From: a virus
IMG/VR virus record: IMGVR_UViG_3300036791_001056
Span: 64,001 to 128,000 of that record
Reading direction: 5' to 3' (one strand)
Length of the DNA stretch: 64,000 bases
Shown one piece after another: positions 17,987 through 27,124 of the stretch. Each line of letters begins with the position of its first letter. Within the stretch, counting starts at the first letter, position 1. The position numbers and the translations under genes are program-made. The notes beneath the pieces are model-generated. The model had not been told where the DNA came from, searched no databases, and saw nothing but the letters and a program-made list of their open reading frames with translations.

Positions 17987-18971
17987 CGTTATTTGTTACC
18001 GCCGGGAGAGAGGCGGGACACGTCATTTCTGCATGTCTCTGCAGCTTTACCATCGACTGCAGACCGGACTATATCATCACCTGCTGCGTCTGATGCGCAT
18101 TAGCTCGTTAAGCGCTTGAATCTGCGTTCCCTCGTTAAACACCGGTGACTGCTCACGCGGCAGCATCAACGATGATACACACTGATCAGCGTCATCAGCG
18201 ATGGATTGGTACCGGAATCTTACCACGTGATAACCAGCAACTTCAATGTCACACTGCCTGATTTTATCGCGCTCCGGACTATATCTCATGTTGTGAGACA
18301 CACCATCAGCTTCTATTACCAGCAAATGCTGAGCCAGCAAGATGTCTACGATGTACGTTCCATCCAAGACAACTGCCGGTGCTTCAAACGACAGTGAAGC
18401 TCGCTTAAGAGCTTCACGCAGCTCAACTTCAGCGGCAGGCACCTTGTCACCGCGCTCCCGTGCAGTGGCAATACGCCTAAGCCACGCTTCACGCTGCCGT
18501 TGTCGATGACCAGGACGATCCCAGTGATACAGTGGCTTTTCTGGGTCAGCCCAAATCCGCTGTACCATCTTAGACTGCTGCTCACGCCGTTCGGTGTTTT
18601 CCCACGTCTGACGTGTTACTGTGCGTGCCTTTTCGTGATTTTCCGGGTTAGCCCACCGATTCTCTCGGCCGACTCTTCCAGGATCGCGAACTACGACACC
18701 AGCATCAGCTAGCATCTTTCGCACTATCCGGTACTTTATACCGTACATAGCAGCAAGCTTGGTCACGCTACCGGCAGCTTCATAATCACGCTGAAGCTGA
18801 TTAACTGCTTGCAGGGCCTCGCGTGTAGTCTCTACGGAGTCCCCAGGCTCAGGGGTTCCCTCGGTGTTGTCCATGCAGTCATTCTAACACAAAGAATGAT
18901 GATCGGAGGATGTTCACCGATACAGCGAGGTTATTCGACGCGGGTCACCCCGCGAAGCCTCCAAGAATTTA
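17987..18971 (-). ncRNA. Group I self-splicing intron (985 nt) in the major capsid gene
   Basis: Exon1 ends CCTT; IGS TTCTTG-GAGG pairs with CCTT (P1, U.G) and with exon2 CAAGAA (P10). P3 CCTCGC/GCGAGG, R element GTAGAGACTAC, S element GATATAGTCC, terminal G at 17987. Confidence 0.92.
18077..18874 (-). CDS. Intron-encoded Vsr/DUF559-like homing endonuclease
   Basis: N-terminal HTH; YIVDIL...VIEADGVSH...RDKIRQ....AGYHVVRF; extended -10 TGTTAGAAT 6 nt before ATG. Confidence 0.88.
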   Translation of the reverse strand: MDNTEGTPEPGDSVETTREALQAVNQLQRDYEAAGSVTKLAAMYGIKYRIVRKMLADAGVVVRDPGRVGRENRWANPENHEKARTVTRQTWENTERREQQSKMVQRIWADPEKPLYHWDRPGHRQRQREAWLRRIATARERGDKVPAAEVELREALKRASLSFEAPAVVLDGTYIVDILLAQHLLVIEADGVSHNMRYSPERDKIRQCDIEVAGYHVVRFRYQSIADDADQCVSSLMLPREQSPVFNEGTQIQALNELMRIRRSR

Positions 18972-19772
18972 AAGGAGAATGAGTGATGCGAGAGCAGAGA
19001 CGTCCTCGAAGCCCTGGCCAGCGAACTGGCTCAGCCACGAGAGCGCCTCAGTGAGGCCGAAGAAGCGGTACGGCACCGCGATGTCGACCTCGGTCTGCGA
19101 TCCCGAGCCCGGCAGGTTCATCGGCCAGTTGGTCCCGGACATGGTGCTGGAAGACGTCACCAACTCGGGAATCGAGATGTCGATGACGCCCTGCCCGCCG
19201 GTCTGCGAGCCACTGACGCCGGTGAAGATCTTCGCCTGCCGCATGGTGCCCTGGCCAGCTGGCCGAGGGAACTTATTGCGAAAAACGGTATAAACAGGAT
19301 AAATCAGACGCGAAGGCGCAACCAGGTCAAACGGGACCAGCCCGTTCACGGTCCCGATGCCCAGGTTGCCCGCGGTGAAGCTCCTGACCAGGTCAGGAGT
19401 GACGCCGGGCAGTGAGGCGATGAGCTTCTGGATCGCCTCGGCAGGTGACGGCGTGCTCAGCGCGGTCTGCAGGAAGCCGCGCTGGCTGAGGAAGTCCGGG
19501 CTCATGCCCTTGACCACCGCTGGGCGGTCGGTCATGCCCTGGTAAACGGCGCTGCGCAGCTCGAGCGCTGCCTGCGCGGACTTCATCATGATCTGGCTGG
19601 GGTCAGTCAGCGGGGTGTTGATGCCCTCAGCGTAGGTGCAGCCCTTGACGAGGTTGGGCATGCGGGCCTTGATGACGTCGCCCGCCCTGCTAGCGTGCGC
19701 GGCGTCGGCCTGTGCCTCCCTCGCCGGCATGGTGAGGTCGAGCCCCGGGCTCGCCTCGAGAGTTGCCGCCAT
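18972..19772 (-). CDS. Major capsid protein, exon 1
   Basis: PFDL.AP..LIYP..T.FRNK.PR..G.G motif; follows the protease; ends LILL at the splice site. Confidence 0.85.
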
Positions 19773-19847
19773 AGCGGTCCCTTCGGTTCTCAGCGCGGAG
19801 CGCTGTGCTGCTTGTGTGAGTCATGAGAGGTGACGGTTCCTTCGGTA

Positions 19848-22800
19848 TCAACTGATTCCGCGGATCTTGAGGATCTCGCGCCAGGCAGCTTCCCGCTGCG
19901 CTGGGTATGGAGTGGTGCGCCAGTCGTGCTCCAACTCCATCAACCTCATGGCTTGAATGCGCTCCGCGCTCTCTGCCATGGTCGGCGCCGCCGGCGCCGA
20001 GGTCTGCATCTTCTGGATGGGCGCAGCGAGAGCCGCGCCCCGGTATGCGAACACAGCCGGGTCAGGCTGCGCGCTCAGCTGGCTGAGCGTCTTCGCCTGC
20101 TTCTTCAGCAGCTTGGCCTGCCGCCGCACGGTCGCCTGCAGCTCGGTGAGCTGCTCGGTAATGACGTCCGGTGCCGCCGCGGTGAGCTCTACACTCTTAG
20201 TCACCAGCTCACCGGTAACCTGCTCACCCTTGGTGAGCTGGCGCGGCACCGCCGGCATCTTCATGGTCTCCGGCGCCGCGTCGGGCTCCTTCTTGGCGCC
20301 CTCACCGTGCATGGGACAGATGTCAGGGAACGTTTGCTGGATGTGATCGTGGATCGCCTGCATCGCGGTGCGAGTGGTCTCGCGGCCCGCGTGAGAGTAG
20401 AACGTCCGGCCGGCCTTGGCGGCGACCACGTCGCTGATGGCCTTGCTCACCGCTGCTGACGCGCTGGGAACGCCGTTCGGAGTCCCGCTCCCCGGGCTCA
20501 TCGCGGCGTGGCCATCGCTGAGGAACGGGCGCTTGAACTGCGCCGCCTCGATCTCGCCCGAGGTGATCGGCGTCTGGTTCGGGCTTCCGTAAGCCGGAGA
20601 CGGCGCTGCGTGACCCGCGCTGATGTACGGCCGCTGGAATTGACCTGGCTGGCAAGCAGCGGGCGTCGGAGCAGTTCCCGGGCCCGGATTCGCGTCACCG
20701 AACGCCTTGTGCAGCTCCTCGTGCGCCTCCCACACGTCAGCGGGCACCGCGTGCTTCAGCGTGCTGGCGTGGTGACCGAGCTGCGCCGCGCGCGCTGCCT
20801 CGTGGTACGGCAGCGACGTGGCCATGTCCAGCGACTTGACCTGCCACTCCACCTCATTGATCTCAGCCGCGAGGCTGCGGTCCGGGTAGCACTTAACGAT
20901 CATCTCCGGGCTGAACGCGGCGCACGTCATGTCGTGCAAGACGCCCATCGTCATGGGAACGCCTGACTTGACGATGCGCGCCAGCGCCAGCGCCCCCGAC
21001 TCGCTCTTCAGCGCCGGCGCCTCCAGCGGTCCGGGTGCCTCATGGTCATCGTCCTGCATGTGCGCGTCATCCTCGAGCGCCTCAACCGCAGCGCCGTCGG
21101 GCTCGCGGTGCGCGGGAGCCTCCTCGGTGTGCATGCCCCGGGCGCTCGCCGCCTCAGCGGGCGACTCACTCTTCTCGATGAGCTCAGCGCTCACCTCAGC
21201 GCTCTCGCTCTTCTTGACGCCCGTCTTATCAGGCGTCTCGCCCACGCTGCCGCCGGCCGGAGCGCCGCAGCCGGGACAGAACCGGCTCTTACCCTTCATC
21301 GCGCCGCCGCACTTACCGCACGTGACCTTGCCCTTCAGCGCCTCAGCTGCCACGCTCTTCCTCACCCGCGTGCCGGACCCGCCGCAGTCCGGGCACTTCC
21401 GGTTACCGCCCATGATCTTACCGGCGCCTCTGCACGTCTTGCACTTCTTCCCGGCAGGCTTGAACGCCTTCTCAGCCGAGTCATCACTCACGCGGCGCGC
21501 CACGGCGCCGTCTCCGTCACCGTCCGCGTCGAAGAGCCCATCACCGTCGTGATCAGCGTCACCGCTGCCCTCCACCACGATCTTGGTCTCCTTCTCGCCC
21601 TTCTCAACCGGATCGCCAGCAGTTGCCGTGCTCTCAGCCTTCTCAGCCGAGTCATCAGCATCGCTGTCATCACTGCGATCAGCCACGCCGTTCACGTTGC
21701 CCGTGCCGCTGCAGTCCGGGCACTTCATGTGACCGTCACGGATCTTCCCGCCACCGTGGCACGTAGTGCACGTGCCGCCGATCTTCAGGACCTCAGCCTC
21801 ATCTGCCGTCTTAGCGGTGTCCGGTAGTGCTGCCACGAACTCGGGCCCCTTCTCGTGGGCGATGCGCTTAATGTTGGCCTGCAGCTGCTCGGTGGAGTAG
21901 TTGTCATCACCGGCGCGCCCCACCGACTGCCACGCGTCAGAGACGTCGCCCGGGCTGGTGATCGGGAATGACCGGTTGCGGCCGGCAAACGCCGAGCTGG
22001 GCAAGGTGGCGCGATCCACGCCGCCAGGATGCGTGTCCTCACCCACGTTGCCGGACTTGCGCTTGCCAATGATCCGCGCCAAGTCAGCCGGCGTGACGGC
22101 CACACTCACGTCCTCCGGCAGCTCGAGCGTCACCATCTTTTCTGCCACTGCTGCCGTCACACCGGCTCCTTTCCTCGTATAATCAGGCTTTGGGACGGCT
22201 CCCATGCCGTGAGTGTGGGCTAGCCCCCAGTCAACCAGCACACCGTCCCGCGTGACCGGCCGCAGCTGATGGTTCGTTACGGCCTCTTCTTGAGCGCGAT
22301 GCATCTCTTCGTGCATGGCTACGAGCTCATCTTTGCCAGACTTCTTCTTACCAGTCCTCCGGCCAATGCCCGGCAGCCCGGAGTGGTACGAGTCCATGTG
22401 AGCCCGGAGAGCACCGGCGCTCATCCGGTCAGCCGTCGGGTGATCATTCGGGATCGCGTCTCCGCCGATCTTCAGCCAGCCGTGCCGGAATGTGTCAGGA
22501 GTACCAGGAATGTGATGATCGTGGATGCTGTCCTTGGTAAGCACGCCGGTGCTGATCATCTTCTGGATGAACTCATCATTGCCCGTGATCTCACCGCTCA
22601 GCTCAGGTGACCCGTCCTTGGCCGCCTTCACGAGCTGAATGGCGCAGTTCTTGTTCGCGGGCCGGTCCACCAGGCTGATCTCCACGACCTGCCCGCCCTT
22701 GATGAGCCCGCCCCGGGCGCGCCCGTCGCGGACGATCTGCGGCCGCGCGATCCCGACCGAGTAGGCGCGCAGCGCTCCACCGAGGACCAGCTTCTGCGCG

Positions 22801-23102
22801 ATGGGCTCGATAATCTTGGACTTGACCCACGTGCCGCCGTCGCCGTCCACGTCCATGTCCACGCCGACGCCCGCCGGGTCCCGCTGGGCGTTGTGCTGCA
22901 CCCGGACGTTCGCCCCGTCGTTGAGCCAGTCGCGGATCGCCTTGGCCGCGAAGTCCGGGTCGATGATCTGCTCATCGCTGTCGAGCGCCCCGTCACTGGC
23001 CTTGCCGTACACGAGGACGTTGCCGTCGGCGTCCGTCTCAGCCTTGGCGATCGGGAAGCTGATGAACGTGAGCTCGCCGTCCGCTGTCAGGGTGGCTGCC
23101 AT
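19848..23102 (-). CDS. Prohead protease (HK97-type) fused to cargo inserts, CxxCxGxG Zn fingers and a scaffold-like C-terminus
   Basis: VYGKAS...D...Q.I, VRVQH, AYSVG and EISLVDRPAN motifs; DnaJ-like Cys repeats; coiled-coil C-terminus. Confidence 0.88.
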   Translation of the reverse strand: MAATLTADGELTFISFPIAKAETDADGNVLVYGKASDGALDSDEQIIDPDFAAKAIRDWLNDGANVRVQHNAQRDPAGVGVDMDVDGDGGTWVKSKIIEPIAQKLVLGGALRAYSVGIARPQIVRDGRARGGLIKGGQVVEISLVDRPANKNCAIQLVKAAKDGSPELSGEITGNDEFIQKMISTGVLTKDSIHDHHIPGTPDTFRHGWLKIGGDAIPNDHPTADRMSAGALRAHMDSYHSGLPGIGRRTGKKKSGKDELVAMHEEMHRAQEEAVTNHQLRPVTRDGVLVDWGLAHTHGMGAVPKPDYTRKGAGVTAAVAEKMVTLELPEDVSVAVTPADLARIIGKRKSGNVGEDTHPGGVDRATLPSSAFAGRNRSFPITSPGDVSDAWQSVGRAGDDNYSTEQLQANIKRIAHEKGPEFVAALPDTAKTADEAEVLKIGGTCTTCHGGGKIRDGHMKCPDCSGTGNVNGVADRSDDSDADDSAEKAESTATAGDPVEKGEKETKIVVEGSGDADHDGDGLFDADGDGDGAVARRVSDDSAEKAFKPAGKKCKTCRGAGKIMGGNRKCPDCGGSGTRVRKSVAAEALKGKVTCGKCGGAMKGKSRFCPGCGAPAGGSVGETPDKTGVKKSESAEVSAELIEKSESPAEAASARGMHTEEAPAHREPDGAAVEALEDDAHMQDDDHEAPGPLEAPALKSESGALALARIVKSGVPMTMGVLHDMTCAAFSPEMIVKCYPDRSLAAEINEVEWQVKSLDMATSLPYHEAARAAQLGHHASTLKHAVPADVWEAHEELHKAFGDANPGPGTAPTPAACQPGQFQRPYISAGHAAPSPAYGSPNQTPITSGEIEAAQFKRPFLSDGHAAMSPGSGTPNGVPSASAAVSKAISDVVAAKAGRTFYSHAGRETTRTAMQAIHDHIQQTFPDICPMHGEGAKKEPDAAPETMKMPAVPRQLTKGEQVTGELVTKSVELTAAAPDVITEQLTELQATVRRQAKLLKKQAKTLSQLSAQPDPAVFAYRGAALAAPIQKMQTSAPAAPTMAESAERIQAMRLMELEHDWRTTPYPAQREAAWREILKIRGIS

Positions 23103-23128
23103 AGGTGTCCTCTGGTATAGTTTGGCTG

Positions 23129-23464
23129 GTGAGTTCTAAGTCAGCGCACCGGAAGAGACGTCACCAGCACAAGAAGCGCATAGCTCAAGTGATCACTGAT
23201 CACGCTCCCACGCTGCCTATGGACGTGATGCGCAGGCGCAGCAGCGCTGAGCGCGCCCCAGCGCTGCTGCAGCAGCTCGCTGACGTCATGAACGCGTGTG
23301 AAGCGTCCGGTGTGCTGATCAAGCCCGCCCATGGGGCCATCCTCACCCAGTTTGGCTATCTATTCTGGCTGCAGCACGATCACGTAGGCGACGGCGGGAG
23401 CTGGCAGGTGCGCACCCGCCGGCTGACTGAGCTGGCACTGCCTGATGATGACGATCTTACTTAA
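23129..23464 (+). CDS. Hypothetical protein (antisense, leaderless)
   Basis: TGGTATAGT 7 nt before GTG 23129. Confidence 0.6.
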   Translation: MSSKSAHRKRRHQHKKRIAQVITDHAPTLPMDVMRRRSSAERAPALLQQLADVMNACEASGVLIKPAHGAILTQFGYLFWLQHDHVGDGGSWQVRTRRLTELALPDDDDLT

Positions 23465-23467
23465 AAC

Positions 23468-23836
23468 TCACCCAGCGTGCTGAGCGCGCAGTGACTCCCA
23501 CTCACCTACGGCCTTGGCCGCTGCGGCGCGAACCTCGGGCGTGACCTTGCCCCGCCCGCTAGCCCAGCGCTTCACCGATCCTACAGCGGTGGCAATGGCC
23601 TGTGACTCGCTCATCCCGCCTCGGATGAGCGCGTGAGCGATGTTCTGAATGTAAGCGGGCAGCTGGTCAGACTTACTGCCCCAGAGCCCGTGCGTGCCGA
23701 GCGGGCGGTGCGTGGTGCTGAGCTCGGGCGTCTCGGCTGACTTAACGACGGCGCCCTCATCTGGCCACTCAGATGTGGTCAAGATCTCACCCGGGTCATC
23801 TGAGTACGGGTTGCCGGGCGCGTCGCGGGTGGTCAC
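23468..23836 (-). CDS. Small head-region protein
   Basis: LPAYIQNIAHAL...SQAIATAV..VKRWASG motif; translationally coupled to the upstream gene. Confidence 0.75.
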   Translation of the reverse strand: MTTRDAPGNPYSDDPGEILTTSEWPDEGAVVKSAETPELSTTHRPLGTHGLWGSKSDQLPAYIQNIAHALIRGGMSESQAIATAVGSVKRWASGRGKVTPEVRAAAAKAVGEWESLRAQHAG

Positions 23837-26800
23837 GAGATCACCTCATTCGTGCGGCTGGGCAGCAGATGCATCACGAGATCACCGAACACCCGCGCTG
23901 GCCGGCGCGGGTTCATCTTCATGGTGTACTCGCTCCACAGCTCGGCGGCTAGCTCGAAGTCATCACTGGCTCCGTACTTCGATACCCTCTCACTGATCGC
24001 GCGCTTATTGGCACTCACCCAGTCACCGCGCAGATAATAGTTGCGCTGTGGGCGCGAGATCCCGATCGCGGCCGCCACTTGCTCCCAGATGTGCCAGTAT
24101 GCCTCATTATTGCCACTGGTAAGCAGCTCCCTCAGCTGAAAGTCCACACCGTGCCCGAACTCGTGCGCCAGCGTCTGGTCCACGGCGCTGTGCCCGGGAT
24201 CTGCGCCCGACCACCAGCCCGACTCGTTGTTGTACCTGCTCGCCTGCTCACGCCGCTCCCGGTTGGCTGGGAACGCCAGCTTGGTGCTGACGGTGATCGC
24301 GCGCGACGCTAGCTGATGCGTCGCCAGTGTCGTGGAGCGCCCGCTGCCGAGCCTGGTGCTAACGGTAATGCTAGTCCGCGCCACGAGGTTCGGGACGTAC
24401 CGGCCCTGCCAAGCGGTAGCGTGGTTGATGGTCTTCCGGATGGCGTTCCGGGTGTCATTGTTGGGTGAGATGCTCGGCGGGACCGTCAGCAGCTCGTAAC
24501 CCTTGAATCGTGCCCAGTCAGGAATAACATCGAGCGGCTTAGGCACAGCAGAGCTGAGCGCAGCCGCAATCGCTGCTCGCACCTCAGCGTCACGAGCCTC
24601 CTGGTAACGCAGCACATCAGCGCGCAAGCTAACGATCCGCCGCGTGAGCTCAGGCGCGCCAGCTTGATCAGCGCGGTGACCAGCCACCGTAAGGTGCGTG
24701 TCAACCACGCCGAACTGGTCACGCACCAAGCTAAGCCCAACCTGCCCCAGTGTGTTCAGCGCGCGGCTCAGATCAGCTCGGCGCGGGTCGCCTGCTGCCT
24801 CAAACTCGCGCGACACGTCATTGATCAGCTGCTCGAGCGAGTCGTGCAGCTGGCTCATCGTTGGTACGGGAGTGCTGGGCGCAGCCGGGCGCGGCAGTTC
24901 AGCTGGTGCCGGGGCAGTGGGCGCCGCTGGCGGCAGCGGCGCAGCAGGTGTGCCTGGCTGCTGAAGACTGCTCAGTGCCTGGTGCAGCTGGTCAATGTGA
25001 GTGGCCGACTGCTCATCATCTGCGCGGCCGTGGGCCTGGGACAGCGCGCTCAGCGCACCCGCGTGATCGCCAGCAGCGAGCCGCTCTTGCGCCTGCAGCA
25101 GCTTATCTTGAACGTTAGGCTGCGCACTAGCGGTCAGCATGTGCATGTTGTGATACAGCACCACTGCTTGGGACGCCTCTTGCCGCGATGTGAAGTGCCC
25201 GAGGACAGTGGACTTGCCCATGATCGGTGACGTGTACTTGATCTTATAGCCCGGGTCACCCGGCTCTCTCTTCAAGTCCCGGCCGATGACGTGTCCCGAC
25301 GGCGCCACCGTCTTGCCACCGTGAGTCTGCCGCCGCGCCTCTTGATACCTCCCGCAGGGAGGCCGCACGCAGATGTAGCCGTGGATGTAGCCCTCGGGAC
25401 CGACCTTCAGCAGGTCTGCGATGCGGATCTTAATCTTCCCGCCAGTGGTGCGCGCAGCAAACGATACCGGCTCCCACTCCGCCTTATTCGCTGAGCTCGC
25501 TCCCTGGTGCACCTGGAACGAGTGGGCCTGGAACCACGGATCAGCCGCGTTGTCTGACGGCGCGAACCCGATGTACGCCTTCACCGGCCGGCGCTCTTGC
25601 CGGTACGCCAGCGCCCGGTGATGCCCGTCGATGACCACATCTCTCTGGTTTCCCGGGACGCGGACGAGGATGACCGGGTTGACGTCCTGCCCGCCGCTGC
25701 GGATGCGCTCAGCGAAGCGCGCCACGCGCTGCCGCTGGTGATGCGCCGCCCACGAGTTCTCTGAGTCCCAGTCAATAGCGGTGAGCGGAACGTTGACCGG
25801 GCCCACCCAGCGCAGCTGCCGGACCCACGCGATTCCCTTGGGCTCGTAATTCGCGAGGAGCTGCTGGTAGATGTGCTCAGCATCCACGGGCGTCTGGTCA
25901 CGCAGGTCAGCAGCGCTCTTTTCGACGTTGACGCTTGACCCCGCGTCAGCGCCCGTCAAGCTCACGTAGATCACGTTGCCCAACCGCCGGTCGACCCGGA
26001 ATGACGAGCCTCTCGGCAGAATGAGCTCGCTCTCGCTCGCCTTACCGTGAATCATGTGCTGGCCGGCTGGTGTGGTTATGACCAAGATCACCGGTGTGCC
26101 GCCGATCGCAGCCGGCCCGATCGCTGGGTCCATGCCCGCTGACCGCTGCTCACCAAACCGCCTAGCCATCGCTGGGTTGGTAGTAACAGAGGTGTACGCC
26201 AGCTCGCGGAACGTCTTACCGGGAGTCAGCGCATCACTGGCGGCCTGATGCACCGCCAGCCCGCGGTAGAACGTTCCCTGCTCACTCGCCGTGGACAGCG
26301 CCAGCGCCTCATCGGTCTCTCTGACGAACGGCACGTCACTCTTACCAGCGCGCAGCTCGGAGTTGATCATGCTGTTGCCGCGCGGGTCGATGTACGCATC
26401 AACTGCGTGATCCAGCTGAGCACGCTTACCAGAGCTGACATTAGTGACAGCCAATGACGGCGCTAGCACGCTCTTCAGCTTTACCGGCTTAACCACCGGC
26501 TTGAACTCGTTGTGATACTGCGCCAAGAAGCGCAGTGCGATCTCTTCAGACGGCGCGTCGGCCGCGATCTTCCCATCGTAAAATGACTTAGTGCTGCTGA
26601 ACGGGCGGCGCCTCACGCTCGCCACTACTACGCCGCTCGGCACATGCTTAACCTGATCACCGTCAATGCGCAGGTCACCAGCATTAATGTGACCCAGCTC
26701 TTCCAGCGCGCTCTTACCGAGAACTGCCTTGGTTCCGTCATCAAACGTAACTCGCACCTGATCATCACGTCGCCCAGTGATGATCCCGTGCCCACGCTCT

Positions 26801-26970
26801 GGGTGAGTGATCTCATCGCCGCGCTTCCCGCACGGTGGCCTCACGCACACCCAGCCGTGAACGTAGCCCTCCGAGCCCACCTTGATCATGTCAGCTAGCT
26901 GCGGAAGATTGAGCGAGACTGCTGCACTACCGGTCACGCGGGGCACATGCTGCCAGCTCAGCGTGACCAT
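23833..26970 (-). CDS. Head-region polyprotein: ADP-ribosyltransferase + ParB-like + zincin metallopeptidase
   Basis: ART: INSELR, FYRG, YTSVT, ESELILPRG. ParB-like: VIDGHHRALA. Zincin: HEFGH...SKYGASDDFELAAE. Two KVG.EGY.HG..CVRPPCG tags. Confidence 0.85.
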   Translation of the reverse strand: MVTLSWQHVPRVTGSAAVSLNLPQLADMIKVGSEGYVHGWVCVRPPCGKRGDEITHPERGHGIITGRRDDQVRVTFDDGTKAVLGKSALEELGHINAGDLRIDGDQVKHVPSGVVVASVRRRPFSSTKSFYDGKIAADAPSEEIALRFLAQYHNEFKPVVKPVKLKSVLAPSLAVTNVSSGKRAQLDHAVDAYIDPRGNSMINSELRAGKSDVPFVRETDEALALSTASEQGTFYRGLAVHQAASDALTPGKTFRELAYTSVTTNPAMARRFGEQRSAGMDPAIGPAAIGGTPVILVITTPAGQHMIHGKASESELILPRGSSFRVDRRLGNVIYVSLTGADAGSSVNVEKSAADLRDQTPVDAEHIYQQLLANYEPKGIAWVRQLRWVGPVNVPLTAIDWDSENSWAAHHQRQRVARFAERIRSGGQDVNPVILVRVPGNQRDVVIDGHHRALAYRQERRPVKAYIGFAPSDNAADPWFQAHSFQVHQGASSANKAEWEPVSFAARTTGGKIKIRIADLLKVGPEGYIHGYICVRPPCGRYQEARRQTHGGKTVAPSGHVIGRDLKREPGDPGYKIKYTSPIMGKSTVLGHFTSRQEASQAVVLYHNMHMLTASAQPNVQDKLLQAQERLAAGDHAGALSALSQAHGRADDEQSATHIDQLHQALSSLQQPGTPAAPLPPAAPTAPAPAELPRPAAPSTPVPTMSQLHDSLEQLINDVSREFEAAGDPRRADLSRALNTLGQVGLSLVRDQFGVVDTHLTVAGHRADQAGAPELTRRIVSLRADVLRYQEARDAEVRAAIAAALSSAVPKPLDVIPDWARFKGYELLTVPPSISPNNDTRNAIRKTINHATAWQGRYVPNLVARTSITVSTRLGSGRSTTLATHQLASRAITVSTKLAFPANRERREQASRYNNESGWWSGADPGHSAVDQTLAHEFGHGVDFQLRELLTSGNNEAYWHIWEQVAAAIGISRPQRNYYLRGDWVSANKRAISERVSKYGASDDFELAAELWSEYTMKMNPRRPARVFGDLVMHLLPSRTNEVIS

Positions 26971-26980
26971 CGCAGTTTCC

Positions 26981-27124
26981 TTACTGAGAGTCGTCCTCTG
27001 GGCCGCCCTGATCGTGTGACGTGTCGATGCCCGCCTCCGCTGCCGCCGCGTTCAAGTCACGCAGCCAGTTCTGGTTGCCCGGGTCGTCATCGATGTTGCC
27101 GATATCGATTGGCTGCTCACTCAC
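26981..27124 (-). CDS. 47-aa acidic peptide
   Basis: GTGA overlap with the upstream stop; MSEQPIDIGNIDDDPGNQNWLRDL...; fills the gap to the next gene's RBS. Confidence 0.6.
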   Translation of the reverse strand: MSEQPIDIGNIDDDPGNQNWLRDLNAAAAEAGIDTSHDQGGPEDDSQ

